Below are positions 24,274 to 37,924 of a DNA stretch of 64,000 bases, piece after piece. This DNA is from Octopus sinensis (lineage: Eukaryota): the NCBI RefSeq assembly GCF_006345805.1, contig NC_043000.1, forward strand, positions 99,758,001 through 99,822,000, read 5' to 3'. Position numbers and translations under genes: made by a program. The notes below the pieces were generated by a model, which saw nothing but the letters and a program-made list of their open reading frames with translations, made no database searches and was not told the DNA's origin. Position 1 is the first letter of the stretch. Every line of letters starts with the position of its first letter.

Positions 24274-25506
24274 CAGGGTGTGAGAGGTATTTGAGGACAT
24301 ATTTGGTAATTTAATAAAACAACTCTAATCTAGTATAAAACTAGTATAAATCTAGTGTTTTAATAAAAATTTGTGCACATGGTCTTGATAAGCTTTCTTG
24401 TAAGATTATTTTATGAATCCATCTTCAGCATCAGTGATTGTTTGAATGTGGAACTAAAATCCTTGACATGCCTACACTAAATGGTCCTTATTCATTTCAG
24501 ACATCACCTGAACAATGGCAGACTCCAGTGAAGATAGGTATTGTGAGGATGTGGGTTAGTCTCACTTTCAACAATTTAAATCCCATAGCAGTCTATGGGA
24601 TTTAAATCTGGTGAGCTTGGAGTCCACAAGTTTGGTGTTACATGATTGTAAAGATTGTCAGGCATTCATTCTTGGCTTACTCAGGATTTGTGAGATGGTG
24701 CTGAGTCTTGTAACATGCATGGAATTTCCACTGTGTTCTTCATTCATCTTGGGCTTAACAAATGTTTTCAGCTCTTTGACATATCCAGTAGTGTTAATTC
24801 AAAAACCCTCTGTAAACCTATGAGGTGGCATGGCATAAGCTTCATTATTCCCCACTCCTAAAGCCATCAGCATTTCCAGAATCTTAGTGTGCATCATTCT
24901 GAAGGCAACAGGAGGATCTGCATATAACTATCTGTCATTTATCCTGCTTGATTTTTGGTCTTGGTTGAAAATTTTCCTATCCGGGAAGAACCAAAGCATG
25001 TCACATTCGTGAGTGTTTTAAACTTGCTAATTAACCACTTGGTACAGATTGAAGGATTTTCCTGTATCTTTGCAGACATGAATTGACCACTTTCTACAAC
25101 ATACTACTTGCATTGAATGTCCTTGTGCACCTTAGTTCTGATAGTCCACTCTGACGACTGAAGCTTTTTGGCAATGGCCCTCATTGTTAATGTTTGAGCC
25201 TGTTGGATGAATTGCAGTGTCCTCATAATGTCTGAACGTTTGGAATGTGTTTTGTCTTGGATAACATTGATACGTTCCAGCCAGAGGCTTCTAGATCTTG
25301 TAGTATTTAGAATATTGGCAATTTCTAATTCACTGTCTTCAGCATATATGGCAACAACGACTGCATGACTTTTAGTTTCTTGCTTTTAGCATTTTATCTG
25401 CTATGGAAGATCTGAAAGAAATTAAAAAAAAAAAAACTTTTTAATTGGCTTGAAGAAAGTAATATACTGATAAATAAGTGTCTGCAAACACCCCTCGCAC
25501 CCACTG
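24274..25506 (-). mobile_element. Tc1/mariner DD37D (maT-type) transposon relic
   Basis: Imperfect TIRs (CAGGGTGTGAGAGGTATTTG; right end reverse complement CAGTGGGTGCGAGGGGTGTTTG). Minus strand QDSAPSHK..WTPSSPDLNPID has 37 codons between the Asp residues; in-frame stops present. Confidence 0.8.
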
Positions 25507-25653
25507 TTTGTGTATGTGAGTATATATGTATATACATGTATATATATGTGTGTGTGTGAATGTATACATGGGTGTATATATATGCATGTATGTGCTTATA
25601 TATATATGTATATATATCTATGTGTTTTTGTGTGTGCATGCATATAATGTGGA

Positions 25654-25705
<52 letters not shown>

Positions 25706-26178
25706 TATACTTTATACCAAAAGTTGACAACCTAATCAGAGTTTTGCCTTGGGCAAGGCTTTTCGTGACTTGAGGGGTAAGAAAAATTGTTCACATTTAC
25801 ATAAAAGATGTGGGTATGTATGGGGTGAATGGGTGGGTGATAGGTGTATTTGAAACTAAATTTAGAGATGTAGGGATTGTAATGGAAAGTTATTGTTAAT
25901 GTGTGTATGTCAGTATGAATGGATTGAGGTAAAATTCTGAGTAGGCTTTCAACTTTTTCTGTAATAAAGATATCTATCCACTCTACCCAGCATATCGGGT
26001 TTTATATAAGTTAATGTTTGTACTATGTAAAATATATTTTACATAATACAAACTTTATATTTTTAATATAATATACTTTTGTTGTATTTGACAATGCTTA
26101 CTTTATGGCATAAATGTATGGGTGGGTCATGGTAGGGGATTTATATATAATACATATATTTTTGAGTGTATATATATA

Positions 26179-26230
<52 letters not shown>

Positions 26231-27884
26231 TACATGCATATATACATACATACACGTATATATGTGTGTGTAAAGGAAAACCACCTGTCAACCAGAAGTG
26301 GATTAACTGAGGAGAATCAACAGTTATCTAATAGTGCTTGTAACATATATACACACATACACACTATATACGCACACATATAGATAGATACACTTTATGC
26401 TTACAAACAAAATAAAAACGTTTAATACTTGTGGAGCTCATTTATTGGTATACATTATTGCGATTAAGAAAATTATATGCGTGTGTATGCATATATATAT
26501 GATATGTATATATGAGATAAGGAGGAAGTGACAATGAAAAATATATGAAGTTAGACAAGTAAAACATGTAGTGGGAAAAGCATAGAAATATGAAGCAAAA
26601 CAGTAACAAATCAAAGTATATTTACAATGGGAATGATATAGTGATGGAAGGAATAAAAGAGTAAAAATCTGCTGAGGCAGATTTTCTATGGCTACATGCC
26701 CAGCCTGTTGCCAATTCACATGTTTTGAAGCAGGGTAATGTTTTCCCATGGTCAAACAAATCTTGCATGGAAGACTGGAAATGAACAGTACTACCAGTAT
26801 GACAGCATCACATGATGTCAAGAAAGGGCATATCCAAATTTATTTATTTAGTTTTGTATGTATGAATGCTGTAATATCTTGGCCGTTTTCCATGCTGACA
26901 TGGGTTGAATGTATCTTTTCCTGTACAGTACCCTTTCACTTGCTACTCTCTTTTGTTATCTTCTTTGTGAGGTGAAGTTTTCAGCTAATATCTTTCATTA
27001 CTACTTCTCAGTTTGTCTTCATGTGCCTTCTATTTTGTTCATTTGGCACTTTATTCAACTTTCATTCTCCAAATACATCTCCCTCTTGTCCTTAGCACAC
27101 TACACGTGTCCCCTCTTACCCCCAGTTTATCTCTCAGTTCGTTTGTACCCCTTCATTCATGTGCACTGACATTACATATTCAACAGTATATCCTTTTCTT
27201 TCCTTGACTCCTTCTCCTCTCTGCACATGCACTACTTCTGTTTCTTTACCTTGCAACATATTTCATACACAAACTTCATACACTTTATCCTTCATTCAGA
27301 GAAAGTATTTCTTGTTACCAGCTGAAGTGATTGCTCCCTAAACATTTTTCATGGTGTCCTTTATCTGGATACTATGTTTTTGGAGCACTTTCCTCCACAG
27401 CTTATTCGCTCACTTAAGTGAATCTATCAGCTTCTTTTAGTTGAACCTCCATGCACATCATTATCATCGTTTTAATATTTGCTTTTCCATAATTGTTTGA
27501 GTTAGACAGGAGTTATTGAGGCAGAATTTCTACAGTTGGATACCCTTCCAGTCACCAGCCTTCTCTCGTTTCAAACAACGTAATATTTCTCTATGACTGG
27601 ACACGATTAAAGCATTTATTTTATAACTGCTAATCACACTGGTGTATCTGCTACATGTAACTTTTTTCCTCCGTGGAAATTTGATCTTTCTGCATGTCTT
27701 GTACACCTTTGTGCAGGTATGACTGTGTAATTAAGGAATTCGTTTTGCAACAATGTGGTTTCAAGTTCAGTCCTATTGCATAACACCTTGTGTTTGTATC
27801 TCCCATTATAACCCTGGGTTGGGCTGGCTCATGGTTTGTGAATCAATCGAGGTTTTATATGTGTGTATGTATATATACAGTGAA

Positions 27885-28185
27885 GGTAGGTGGTTTAGTG
27901 ATTAGGATATTTGACTCAAGATAGTGAAGTCATGATTTCGATTCCTGATGAAGTATTGTGTCCTTGAGCAAGACACTTTATTTTATGTTGCTCCAGTCTA
28001 CCCAACTGGCAAAGATGAGTGGTACTTGTTATTCAAAGGGCTAGCCTTGTCACATTTTGAAAACTACGTTAAGGGTACATGTGTCTGGAGTGCTCAACCA
28101 CTTGCACGTTAATTTCACGAGCAAGCTGTTCCGTTGACCGGATCAACTAGAACTCTTGTCTTTGTGACTGATGGAGTGCCAATCT
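27885..28185 (+). mobile_element. SINE family C
   Basis: GTGAAGGTAGGTGGTTTAGTG..CCTTGAGCAAGACACTTTA..CACTTGCACGTTAATTTCACGAGCAAGCTGTTCCG. Confidence 0.75.
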
Positions 28186-28443
28186 ATACACAGGCACACA
28201 TTAAAAAACACTAATCTAAGTGCCATGCAGTGAAACTGAGCCCGAAGCTGCACGGTTGCAAAGTGAACTTGTTAACTAAACAAGAATCCCTGTGCCCCTA
28301 TGTATGCACGCATGCGTGCCTCTATGTATGTAGGTAGGTAGGTATGTAGGGAGAATTCACAAAAAAAAAAAAATCAAAAGACGAAGACAGGTGGTGTAGA
28401 CAATAAACAGATGTATTAGTTTAACGCTCGGGAAGTGAAAAAG

Positions 28444-28481
28444 TCTTTAACATTTCGAGCCTATGCTCTTCCACAGAAAGA
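28444..28481 (-). ncRNA. Minimalist hammerhead-like motif, A6U core variant
   Basis: UCUUU-CUGUGGA-A-GAGC-AUAG-GCUC-GAAAU-GUU^AAAGA: 5-bp helix I, 4-bp helix II. Confidence 0.5.
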
Positions 28482-28941
28482 AACAGGGAGAGAAAATAAA
28501 GAATGTGTTGTGGCTAGCGAATATGTTGCGCGTGCGTGTGTGCGTGTATGTGTCTGAGTGTGTGCATGCGTGTCTGTGTGCATGTGTGTGTTCGTGCGTG
28601 TATGCATGTGTGTGTGTGCCTGTTTGGTGTGTGTGTTAGTTTACTTGTACTTAAAACTGTAGCAGGTATTTTAAATTGAAAGCTTTTTGCTTAAATTTTA
28701 TTTCCCTTCAACTTCAGTTTGTAAATATTTAGGTGAATTTCCTTTCATTGTTACAATGTCCGAAGATTTCTTTTTGCTGCCTGAGTTATTGAATGTTGTT
28801 TGCATTTTGCTTTATTATTTTTATTTTCAATCAAGCTGTAAACGTGTGTGTGTGTTTGTGTGTGTATGCGCGCGCACGCGATAGCAAAAAGAAAAATTAT
28901 ATACAGCGTTTGTCGCAGCCGTTTTCTTTTTATTATTATTA

Positions 28942-29172
28942 GCGGAGAGCTGGCTAAGGTGACAAGCTGGAAAAATCGTTAGCACACAGGGAATAATGTG
29001 TAGTCACGTTTCGTCCATGTTCATGTTCTGGGTCCAAATCCTGCTGAGGTTGACTTCGCTTTTCATCCTTTTGGAGTCGATAAAATAAGTACCAGTTGAG
29101 ACCTGTGGTCGATGTAATGTCCTACTAAACCTAAATTTCAGTCATTTGTCCTATAGTAGAAAGGATGATTAT
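28942..29172 (+). mobile_element. SINE family A
   Basis: AATCGTTAGCAC..CCAAATCCTGCTGAGG..GTCGATAAAATAAGTACCAG..CTATAGTAGAAAGG. Confidence 0.7.
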
Positions 29173-29208
29173 TATATTTTCTGTTTGTACATGCCTATAT
29201 ATTTGAGA

Positions 29209-29480
29209 GTGGAGGCACATGGCCTAGTGGTTAGAGCAGCGGATTCGCGGTCAAGGGATCGCGAGTTCGAATCTCAGACCGGGCGATGTGTGTGTCTATG
29301 AGCGAAACACCTAGGCTCCACGCGGCTCCGGCAGAAGGTAATGGCGAACTTCTGCTGACTCTTTCGCCACAACTTTCTCTCACTCTTGCATCTTGCATCT
29401 CACCTGCGACGGACCGGCGTCCCGTCCAAGTAGGGAACCCATACGCCAAGGAGCCCCGGCTCATAAGGGCCGGTTTCCCA
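29209..29480 (+). mobile_element. SINE family D
   Basis: GTGGAGGCACATGGCCTAGTGGTTAGAGCAGCGG..GAGTTCGAATC (A/B box-like); highly similar to 42551-42862. Confidence 0.85.
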
Positions 29481-30012
29481 GTTGAAAAATATATCGATTG
29501 AAAATGGAATTTTTTCTTATTATCTCCCTTGCACCGAGAAATTGTGCCACATCCAACTCTTCTATTTTGTATTATACAGATTTCACACTATAATGATATT
29601 TGTTGCTGCCAATGTCTGTGCGCATGTAATAGTTGGGTTAGTCAGTTGGTATGTTTAGTGGCTGCTTAGAGGACTGAATTGACGGAGTACACAGCAGCAA
29701 GTAATAGATTAAGAGTTTGTATCCTGTCAATGTCAGACTGTTGTCTCCATAGGACAAGTTAACCCTCAAACCTAATATATATTTACAGCCTAATCCTGGC
29801 TGTAAATATATATTGCATGGTTGCAACAGGATGCCATTGGAATCAGCTTCTCCCGGAGAACAAAGAAGGCAGAAGGACTGGCAAATGCCAACCAGGGTGA
29901 TAGATTTGTTAGCATCTCTTTAGGAGAGTGAGGAAAATGCTTTCAGACCGTTGCACATACACATACACACACACACCAAAGACACAATTTTGCACATTAT
30001 ATACATTTGAAT

Positions 30013-30228
30013 TATAGAATATATAATGTAAATATATGTATGTATATACATACATGATTATGATGAGGATGAAATTATAATATATAGAATATATAATGTA
30101 AATATATGTATGTATATGCATACATGATTATGATGAGGATGAAATTATAATATATAGAATATATAATGTAAATATATGTATGTATATACATACATGATTA
30201 TGATGAGGATGAAATCATAATCCTCATT
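30013..30228. repeat. 70-bp unit in 3 tandem copies
   Basis: TATAGAATATATAATGTAAAT..ATGATGAGGATGAAA starts at 30013, 30083 and 30153. Confidence 0.9.
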
Positions 30229-31489
30229 GCATAAATTTATGTGATCCACACACATACATGTGTATGTATGTATATATATATATATAATAACAAAATAATA
30301 ATAATATATAAAACATATGCATGTATACATACATATATGTACATACCTACATCTGTATGTATATATACATGCATATATGGGTACAGGACACCAAAAAAAA
30401 AAAACTTTGAACACAATGAAAAACAAAAACATGGAAACAAACTTTTTTTTTCAAACCACGAGAAAACAGAGTACAAGACATACAACACAAAAAATATTCC
30501 CCTTCTTCAGTTGCCCCTGTTTCGGCTACTCCGTGTTCGAAGGTACAGCCCTCCCTCATTCGCATACGGCCACAAACATATTCGTATGACGTGCTATACT
30601 GTACGTACACGTGTGTGTCCCTGCATATGTAGGTTTGTAATGAGTAAATCGATCAGTGTTTTGTTAATTGTGTTTAAAGGGTGTTGTCTGGAACAGCATA
30701 CAATTATCAACATTGTAGATTGTGATTTGTAGGTAATATTGGTTTTGTAAATATAGCTACAAATAGTGTAAAAAAAAAAAAAGCATTCTACCTATGATAT
30801 CTTTGAAGGTGTGCCAAAGTATATTACCGTGTGCACTGCCCTTCTTTAATAGTGAACTAATGAGTGGGTGGTGGGAAATGTCACTGTCGACTTCTACACG
30901 TAATGTTGTGACACGTGTATTCTGATTTTGCATATATGTACTTTTGAGTGTACACACACACGCACATGTATTTGTGTGTGGGTGTGTATTTATATATAAA
31001 CGATGCAATTGTTTCAATGTCTCTGCAATACATTCATGTAGACCACACAGGCAGAGTAAAACGGTCAGCAAACACACACACACACACACACACATACGTA
31101 TACTTCACGTCAAAATTTATATCTGCTCTTAGGCTATAAGGCACAATGCCTTGAGAAGTTCATTTCGCAGCGACGTGGTCTTGTATTCCTTGACATCGCG
31201 TAGCATTTTGAGTATTTTCTCCTCTTACTTCGTGCTGACCAATGTCTTATGATTGAAATTGGTAGATGTAAACTGTGTGTGGGTAGGGGATGTGTGTCTG
31301 TCTCTACATGTTTTTTTTTTTAAAGTAACACCGCTAGTAAAAAAAAAATGATGTGTTTATGTCCTATAAATTAATGATTTGATAAATAAAGATTGCTAAG
31401 TGCTGCACACAAAACTAGGTCCCGGGGTTGATACGATTAACTAAAACATTTCAGGGTGTTGTTCCAGCACTTCTTTAAACAGAAATCGG

Positions 31490-34400
31490 TTACACCTATA
31501 GTGTTACAAGGGATTACAAATAACTACAATGTAAAGCGAGATCATATATAATGTTGGTGTGCAGTGGGGCTACTAACAGCTACAAAGTAACAAGAGCACA
31601 CTAACAGTGTAAAGAGGGAACACTGACCACAACATCATTGAAGTATCACAGCTGTGCTATAAAGTGTGATCTTTGTTGAGAGCTAGGGTGTAAACAGGGA
31701 TCACTGATGAGGATAGCATGTTCAAGATGTTACGACTAACAGCTGTTTGCAGAATGAGACACCTGGAGAATACAGATGGATCCTTAATAACAACTGTATG
31801 AGGGATTACTAAAAACTATAGTGTAATAGGGAATACTCTTGATATCTGCTGTGTGCTGAGGGACGGCTGACAATTAGAATACAATGAGGAATCGACACTG
31901 CCAGCCTCAATGTATATCGTATAAAGTGAGGTCACCTTTGACGGTCACGGTCATTACGCATACACATACGCATATACCATGTTTCAGTCATTAGGCTACA
32001 GCTATACTGGGGCACCGTCTTGTAGAATTTTTAATCGAATGTATCGACTCCAATACTTATTTTTTTTAAAGCCTGGTACTTATTGTGTCATTTTTTTTTT
32101 TTTATTGCCGAAGCGCTAGGTTTAGGGGATGAAAACACACCAACACTGGCTGTCAAGCAGTGGTGGTGGACAAAGACGCACACAAATACACACACACATA
32201 CGAAAGGCTTCTTTCAGTTTTTGACCACCAGATCCACTCACAAGGCTTTAGTCAGCCCGAGGTTATAGTAGAAGACACTTGCCCCAGGTTCCATGCCGTG
32301 GGACTGAATGCAGAACCATATGGTTGGGAAGCAAGTTTCTTACCACACTATAACTGACACCTAAAGTTAAATGAGGGAACAGCACTGACATCTTCAGTCA
32401 GAGAAGAAGTTATTGTCAATTACAGAGAAAAATAGGATAATTGATAACTATCATTGGTATCTAATGTAAAGAGGGATCAATCGCCACTCACAACTATAAT
32501 ATAAGGACGAGCCGACACCGATGAATGCAGTAAAAGTGGATCATTAAGACCAGCTACTATGTAAAACGTGAACACGACAAGCACCGTGTAAAATGGGCGC
32601 ACGCACACACACACACACTGGTGGTATAAAGCAGTGTCAAGTTCAATTTCAGCTTCGAGCTCTTTTCAAAACGGGTTTCCCTGGAACCTTCAGGTTCCGT
32701 GTGATGTTCCTAGGAATTCACCCAGAAATACTGATAATTAGGCTAATTATATGGTAATGTATTTTTAATTAATTCCATGTTCATAAGTTTGAGATACAAG
32801 AATAGCATATTTCTGAGGGATATTCTGGTATTTGTGAGTAGTAAGATGAGCTTACCGGAAAGAAATGACCTTTTAATATGATTTCGTTTAATTAGCTTTT
32901 TGGCTAAAGGGAAATTACTTAAACTTTCTTCGAGGCATCTGATGGGTTCAGCATTGTCAAACGTTTCAAAGACTGTTTTTATGGCTACTTTAATCCTGTA
33001 TTGAAATTTGAATTAATGCTAGAAAAAGTAACTAATTTTTATGTTGGTATTCCTTGAGACAAGGGACATATTTCTAGCATTCCCAAGAATTAAAAAGCAA
33101 GGAAGCACCGGTATAGAGAGATATCCCAATCAACAGCTATAGCGTTAAGTGAAGTTCATTGACATCTACAATTTAAAAATGTTATTAAAAACTACAGTGT
33201 GGAAAGGGATATACTACTAACAGATGTAGTGCAACGAGGGATTACTAATGAATACAGTGTAAAAATGCATAACCATTGTCAAGATATAGAGGGATCAGTG
33301 ACTACGATAATGTTAAAGGAATCATTGAAACATGGGTATAAAAAAAGGTATTACGTTTAATGTTGAGATGGATTGCTAACAAGTACAATGTAAATAGGGG
33401 TCATGGCAGATATGCGTAAAGAAGAATCATTACTGACAACTATAGTGTAAAGAGTGGGGTCACTGATATCTAACTTGTGAAGAAGGATCGTTGAAAAATG
33501 AATTTTTGCGAGGTCACTACTGCCTACTACAATATGAAGAGAGTTCATCACTGAAATTTACAATGTAAAGAGGGTCCCAAACTAATTGCTACAGTGAGAA
33601 GTAGGATCACTGTTAAGAAGTACAGTGTAAAAAGGGATTAGATATGTACATTGTAAAGAGGAATCAGTAACGGCTCAATGTAAAAGTTGATCAAGCAGAA
33701 CAGTGTTGAGATTGCTGCCAGTTACAGAGTAAAGAGGGTCCACTGAGAGTTACAGTGTAAAAAGGGTCACAGCTAGTGATTACCGTGCGAAAAGGGATTA
33801 CTGACAAATACAGTGCAAAATTGGATCGTTGGTAATTAGAGTGTCGAGAGGGATCACTGCCAACAACCGTGATATCGCTATCAATAATTTTTCTTTACGG
33901 TGTAAAATGGGAATACTAAAAGCTACAGTATAAAGTGGGATCTCTAACGACGGCTACAATGTCAAGAGAACATGGTGACAGCTGTAATGTCAATAGGGTA
34001 TAATAATGAACGTGATATATGATCACTACTGACGGCCTCTCGGTGTAAAAAATAGGCCTCTGACGAATGCGTTTCAAATTAGGATCACTCAGTACTGCAT
34101 GAGGGATCACTGAAAGGTAAAGTGAAAAAAATCGATCACAGCTGCCTACTTTATTTTAATAAAAATCACTGACAGCTCTCTAAGGAAAGGTTACTTGGTA
34201 GCGACAGTGTACTGAGGGATCATTATCGAGAACTACAGCTTAAGCGATAACTGCAGATTATATGAGTGTAAAGAAGAAACACCACTGAAAATATAAAGAA
34301 CGTTCACTATAACTCAAGTGCAAAAAGGAATAACCACTTCCAGTTACAGTGTCAAGAGGGATCATTGATAGTTACAGGATAAATAGAAACCACCACTTTC

Positions 34401-34990
34401 AGCTACTGTGTAGAGATGTATCAGCGAAAAGTGCAGTGTAAAGCGGGATCACAGACAAAATGTAATGAAGAATACTGACAATAATATGAAAGGAGCTCAC
34501 TGTTAGCTATTGCATAAATTGGCATTAATGATAGCGAAAGTGTAGTGAGAGATAGCAGTCGACTACGATGCAGCAAAGTATCGCTGATAGCTAGAATTTA
34601 TGAAGGATCACTATTAAAAGTTCACCCTTTCGGTGTAAAGTGTTACCACTACTGATTTTACAGTATAAAAAGAAATCGCTGATATCCACAGTGCGAAGAA
34701 AGATCACTGACAATCATAGTGCAAAGAGGAATCCCTGATATATAATACATATCGGGATTACTGACAACTACAGTCCATTTGATCACAACATTTATCTACA
34801 TTTTAAATATGCTTCATTGATAAGTACTGTGTAATTGATAAATTCAGTGAAAAAAGGGAACACAGTGAACTACAGTGTGAAAATGGAATATATGTACCGA
34901 TTATAATGTAGAGGCAGCATGAGTAACTAAAAGGGGATAAGTAACAACTACTGTGAAAAGAGATGTCACTGACAGTTATAGTGTCAAATG
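31490..34990. repeat. Old degenerate ~28-bp satellite, interrupted by a SINE B and other inserts
   Basis: Recurring GGGATCACTGACAACTACAGTGTAAAGA-like units at about 28-bp spacing (clear at 33721-33870). Confidence 0.8.
31975..32358 (-). mobile_element. SINE family B
   Basis: TTTCAGTCATTAGGCTACAG..GGCTTCTTTCAGTTT..GTAGAAGACACTTGCCCCAGG. Confidence 0.75.
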
Positions 34991-37924
34991 GACCGACTGA
35001 AATATAATTATGAACAGTCTTATTTAATATGTTCGCGTACATTTGAACAAGGAAAGACGATACGATGCACAAGCTGTTTCGAGAAAAGAAATTCTTATAG
35101 ATTATATGGGTGTAAACACACCGCAAGGCCTTGAATGAAGTTACAAGAAAATAGAACACAAGAAAAGGGGAGATGATTTTCAAAAATATAAACTAATTTT
35201 ACTAAGTTAATTTACGTACTAAGAAGATCTGGTCTTTGTTTGCAGGTAAGAAGACAGTTGAAGACAGGTTTAGGTCTTATTGAACCACATCAACACAGTA
35301 AACTAAAACTGGCTTTGAGCAATAAGCAATAATTTATTAAATTCCCTTACATCGTTTAAACATTTTAATCACAAGCACACGAACACACACCTTACAAGTC
35401 GGACGCGATCAGTGCTTCACTCTTCGTGGACACCTGAAGAATAAGGCATTGTCTGTAAGTGTCTATGAATTTCCGGGCTTGCAAAACAGAGCTGCAAAGA
35501 TTTTTGACCAGCTTACCAGATGCATGAATTTAGATGAATAAGTTAATTAATAATTTAATGAATGAATGGCATGTACACCACCGAAAGAATCTAAATTACA
35601 AAATAAATGGATTTCCCGTCAGAATAACAAAGGCAAGCGAGACCAAAGAACTTCACCATATTGAAGAAGAGGAGCATGTGATTAGAACTGTAGGTTTAGA
35701 AAACTAATGCGGCTTGGGAGACAGATTAACACACACACAAAACAAAACCAAAAAAAAACTCCACTATTTTGTAGTATGTTGTGGAAAATAGAACAGCCAG
35801 CCGGAGTTCAGTTCCTTCAGAGAATGATAAACAATGTACTTCCAATCTCGGTTAATATTAGATAATGAGTCTGGGATGATTTGTTCCATTCAATTTGTTT
35901 ATAGCGTCCAGCAGTTAGCCGTCACTCACCCATTCAATCATGAGTATAGCTAGGTAACATGTTCGAATTTCTCACAATTGTTTCAAGTGCCTACATAGTT
36001 TGAGCAGATTTAGATATCATCACGACCTACCACTATTTTGGCGCTGCAAAATATCCACGATGTAACAGCAGGAAGGAGAGAAGAGTGCAGCAATAACCGC
36101 TGGTGGTCATTTACAGCTGAGAAGACTGAAGAAACGTGAAACAAAATACCTTGCTCAAGATCACAGCCGGCTACTCGGTCCAGGTATCGAACATCCCTAA
36201 CCACCAGGTCGTGCGTCTTCACAGGGCGTACTACCATAGCTGAATAGGCTGAGGCAACATGAAATGAAGTGCCTTGCTCAAGTTCACAACCAGCTACTCC
36301 GTCTAGGAACTGAACCTTCAACTTTATACTCACACACCGAACACCCCTAACCACTAAGCCACCTGTTTTCACATAGCTCCTTACCCCTCTCAAATATAGC
36401 AGACTATGTCTGTAATTTGTCCAGCTCAAGAAACTGTTCTAGTTTGAGTTTGTCTACAAACACTGTAGGGAAACACGTCACATGGATACATTCACACATA
36501 TATAACAAAATAAAGAAAGGAAGAAAAGAAAAAGCAAGACATACTGCTGTGGTAATCATATGTTTATTGTCATTTAGCCCTTGAGTAGGCCTGAAACACA
36601 AGTCCTGTAATCTAAGTCGTTCCAGTCAACAATGTGGGTGAGTGCTCGACCTACAGCAACTAACAGCGAAATCCCGCTCAAATTACATCTAACCGTCTTA
36701 CATGCTATCTTTGTATGAAACAAGGGGATAGTCATGCTTTTGACCTAAGATTGACTTGGTCTCGGCTGAGTTGTATCTAACCCCCCCAAAAAAAGACTTA
36801 TCTTTATCTTCACATATGAAGGCACCTGGCTCAGTGGTAAGGGTCTTGCACTCACGATCGGCTGATCAAGCTTTCGATTGCGATGCGCTGTGTTCTTGAA
36901 GAAAACACATCATTTCATGGTGTTCCAGTCCACTCAGCTATAAATGGATAGTTCTGTGATAGACTGACAACCCACTGAGGATCCATGTTGGCCTGCCTTC
37001 CTAGCCAATGGTGTGCCTTCATTGAAGGCTACAACAACATAAAGAAGCGCATTATGACTAGCGGTGTATAACTATATCCAATAGTCTAATCAATACTGTG
37101 AAACGGTAATATCTTCAGCTGGATTTCATTTTGTTTTCTTTAATTTCAATAGTAATAAACTGGCTTATTGTAACAATAGACAGTTTAACTTCAATATTAT
37201 TACTATTGCAATATTTTCCATATTAAAAAGTAAAAAAAATTTAATCCCCTATATTTATTTCATCGATACTTACATTCAGTTTTAGGGAAAAAATAAAACG
37301 TTGAACGGAATTATTTCCCTTATTTTGGTTTTACTTATTCAAGGGAGGTAATTCATTTTAGTTGAAATGGCCAGTATTTAAATTTTGATTTGAGAGGTAA
37401 AAACTGCAAAGACTCACGGTACATTCATAAATATACTGACACCTAATTCATATAGAGAAAAATTTCGAATGATTTAAATGTAGAATTGGAGGAGAAAATT
37501 AAAACTAAACTTATTTAATAGTTACTTGATTTCAAGGGAGATAACTCTAAACAACTAAATGTTGCTACCTGATTATGTCCCTTGTATTCCAGTTTCGCTA
37601 TAATTTTACACAGCTTGTATCCATTTTTGAAGACGTCATTTTTTTTTTTTACCGACAGAGGCTTCATCATTGATATTCATTGTTGCTTTGTCAAAAGTCA
37701 ACCTGTGTTAAGTATTTCTATCATCAAAATATTCCAACCATAAGCATTCCGTTCGAGTTTTCGTTTTTTATAATTTTTTTCGTTTTGGAATATTTATTTA
37801 GGTTTATATTATCAAATATTTCCTCTCATTCTAAAGACAGACGAATGTAATTTGAAGGAAATTTGGCTGTTATTGCTCGCTCTGCAAGCGATCACATTGA
37901 GGCTCTTGTATCTGTAATAATACA

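Noticed and set aside
29209-29285. tRNA-like A/B boxes at SINE heads (also 11.3, 15.2, 40.6 and 42.55 kb)
   Set aside because: No complete cloverleaf with acceptor stem; they continue into SINE bodies, so they are not tRNA genes.
30498-30523. Minus-strand GAAAC and CTGAAGA close together
   Set aside because: Order and the 8-nt spacing cannot form helices I and III of any hammerhead topology.
31490-34990. Regularly spaced ~28-bp repeats as a CRISPR-like array (also 18.3, 49.5 and 59.9 kb)
   Set aside because: Head-to-tail tandem units without unique spacers, eukaryotic context, no cas genes.
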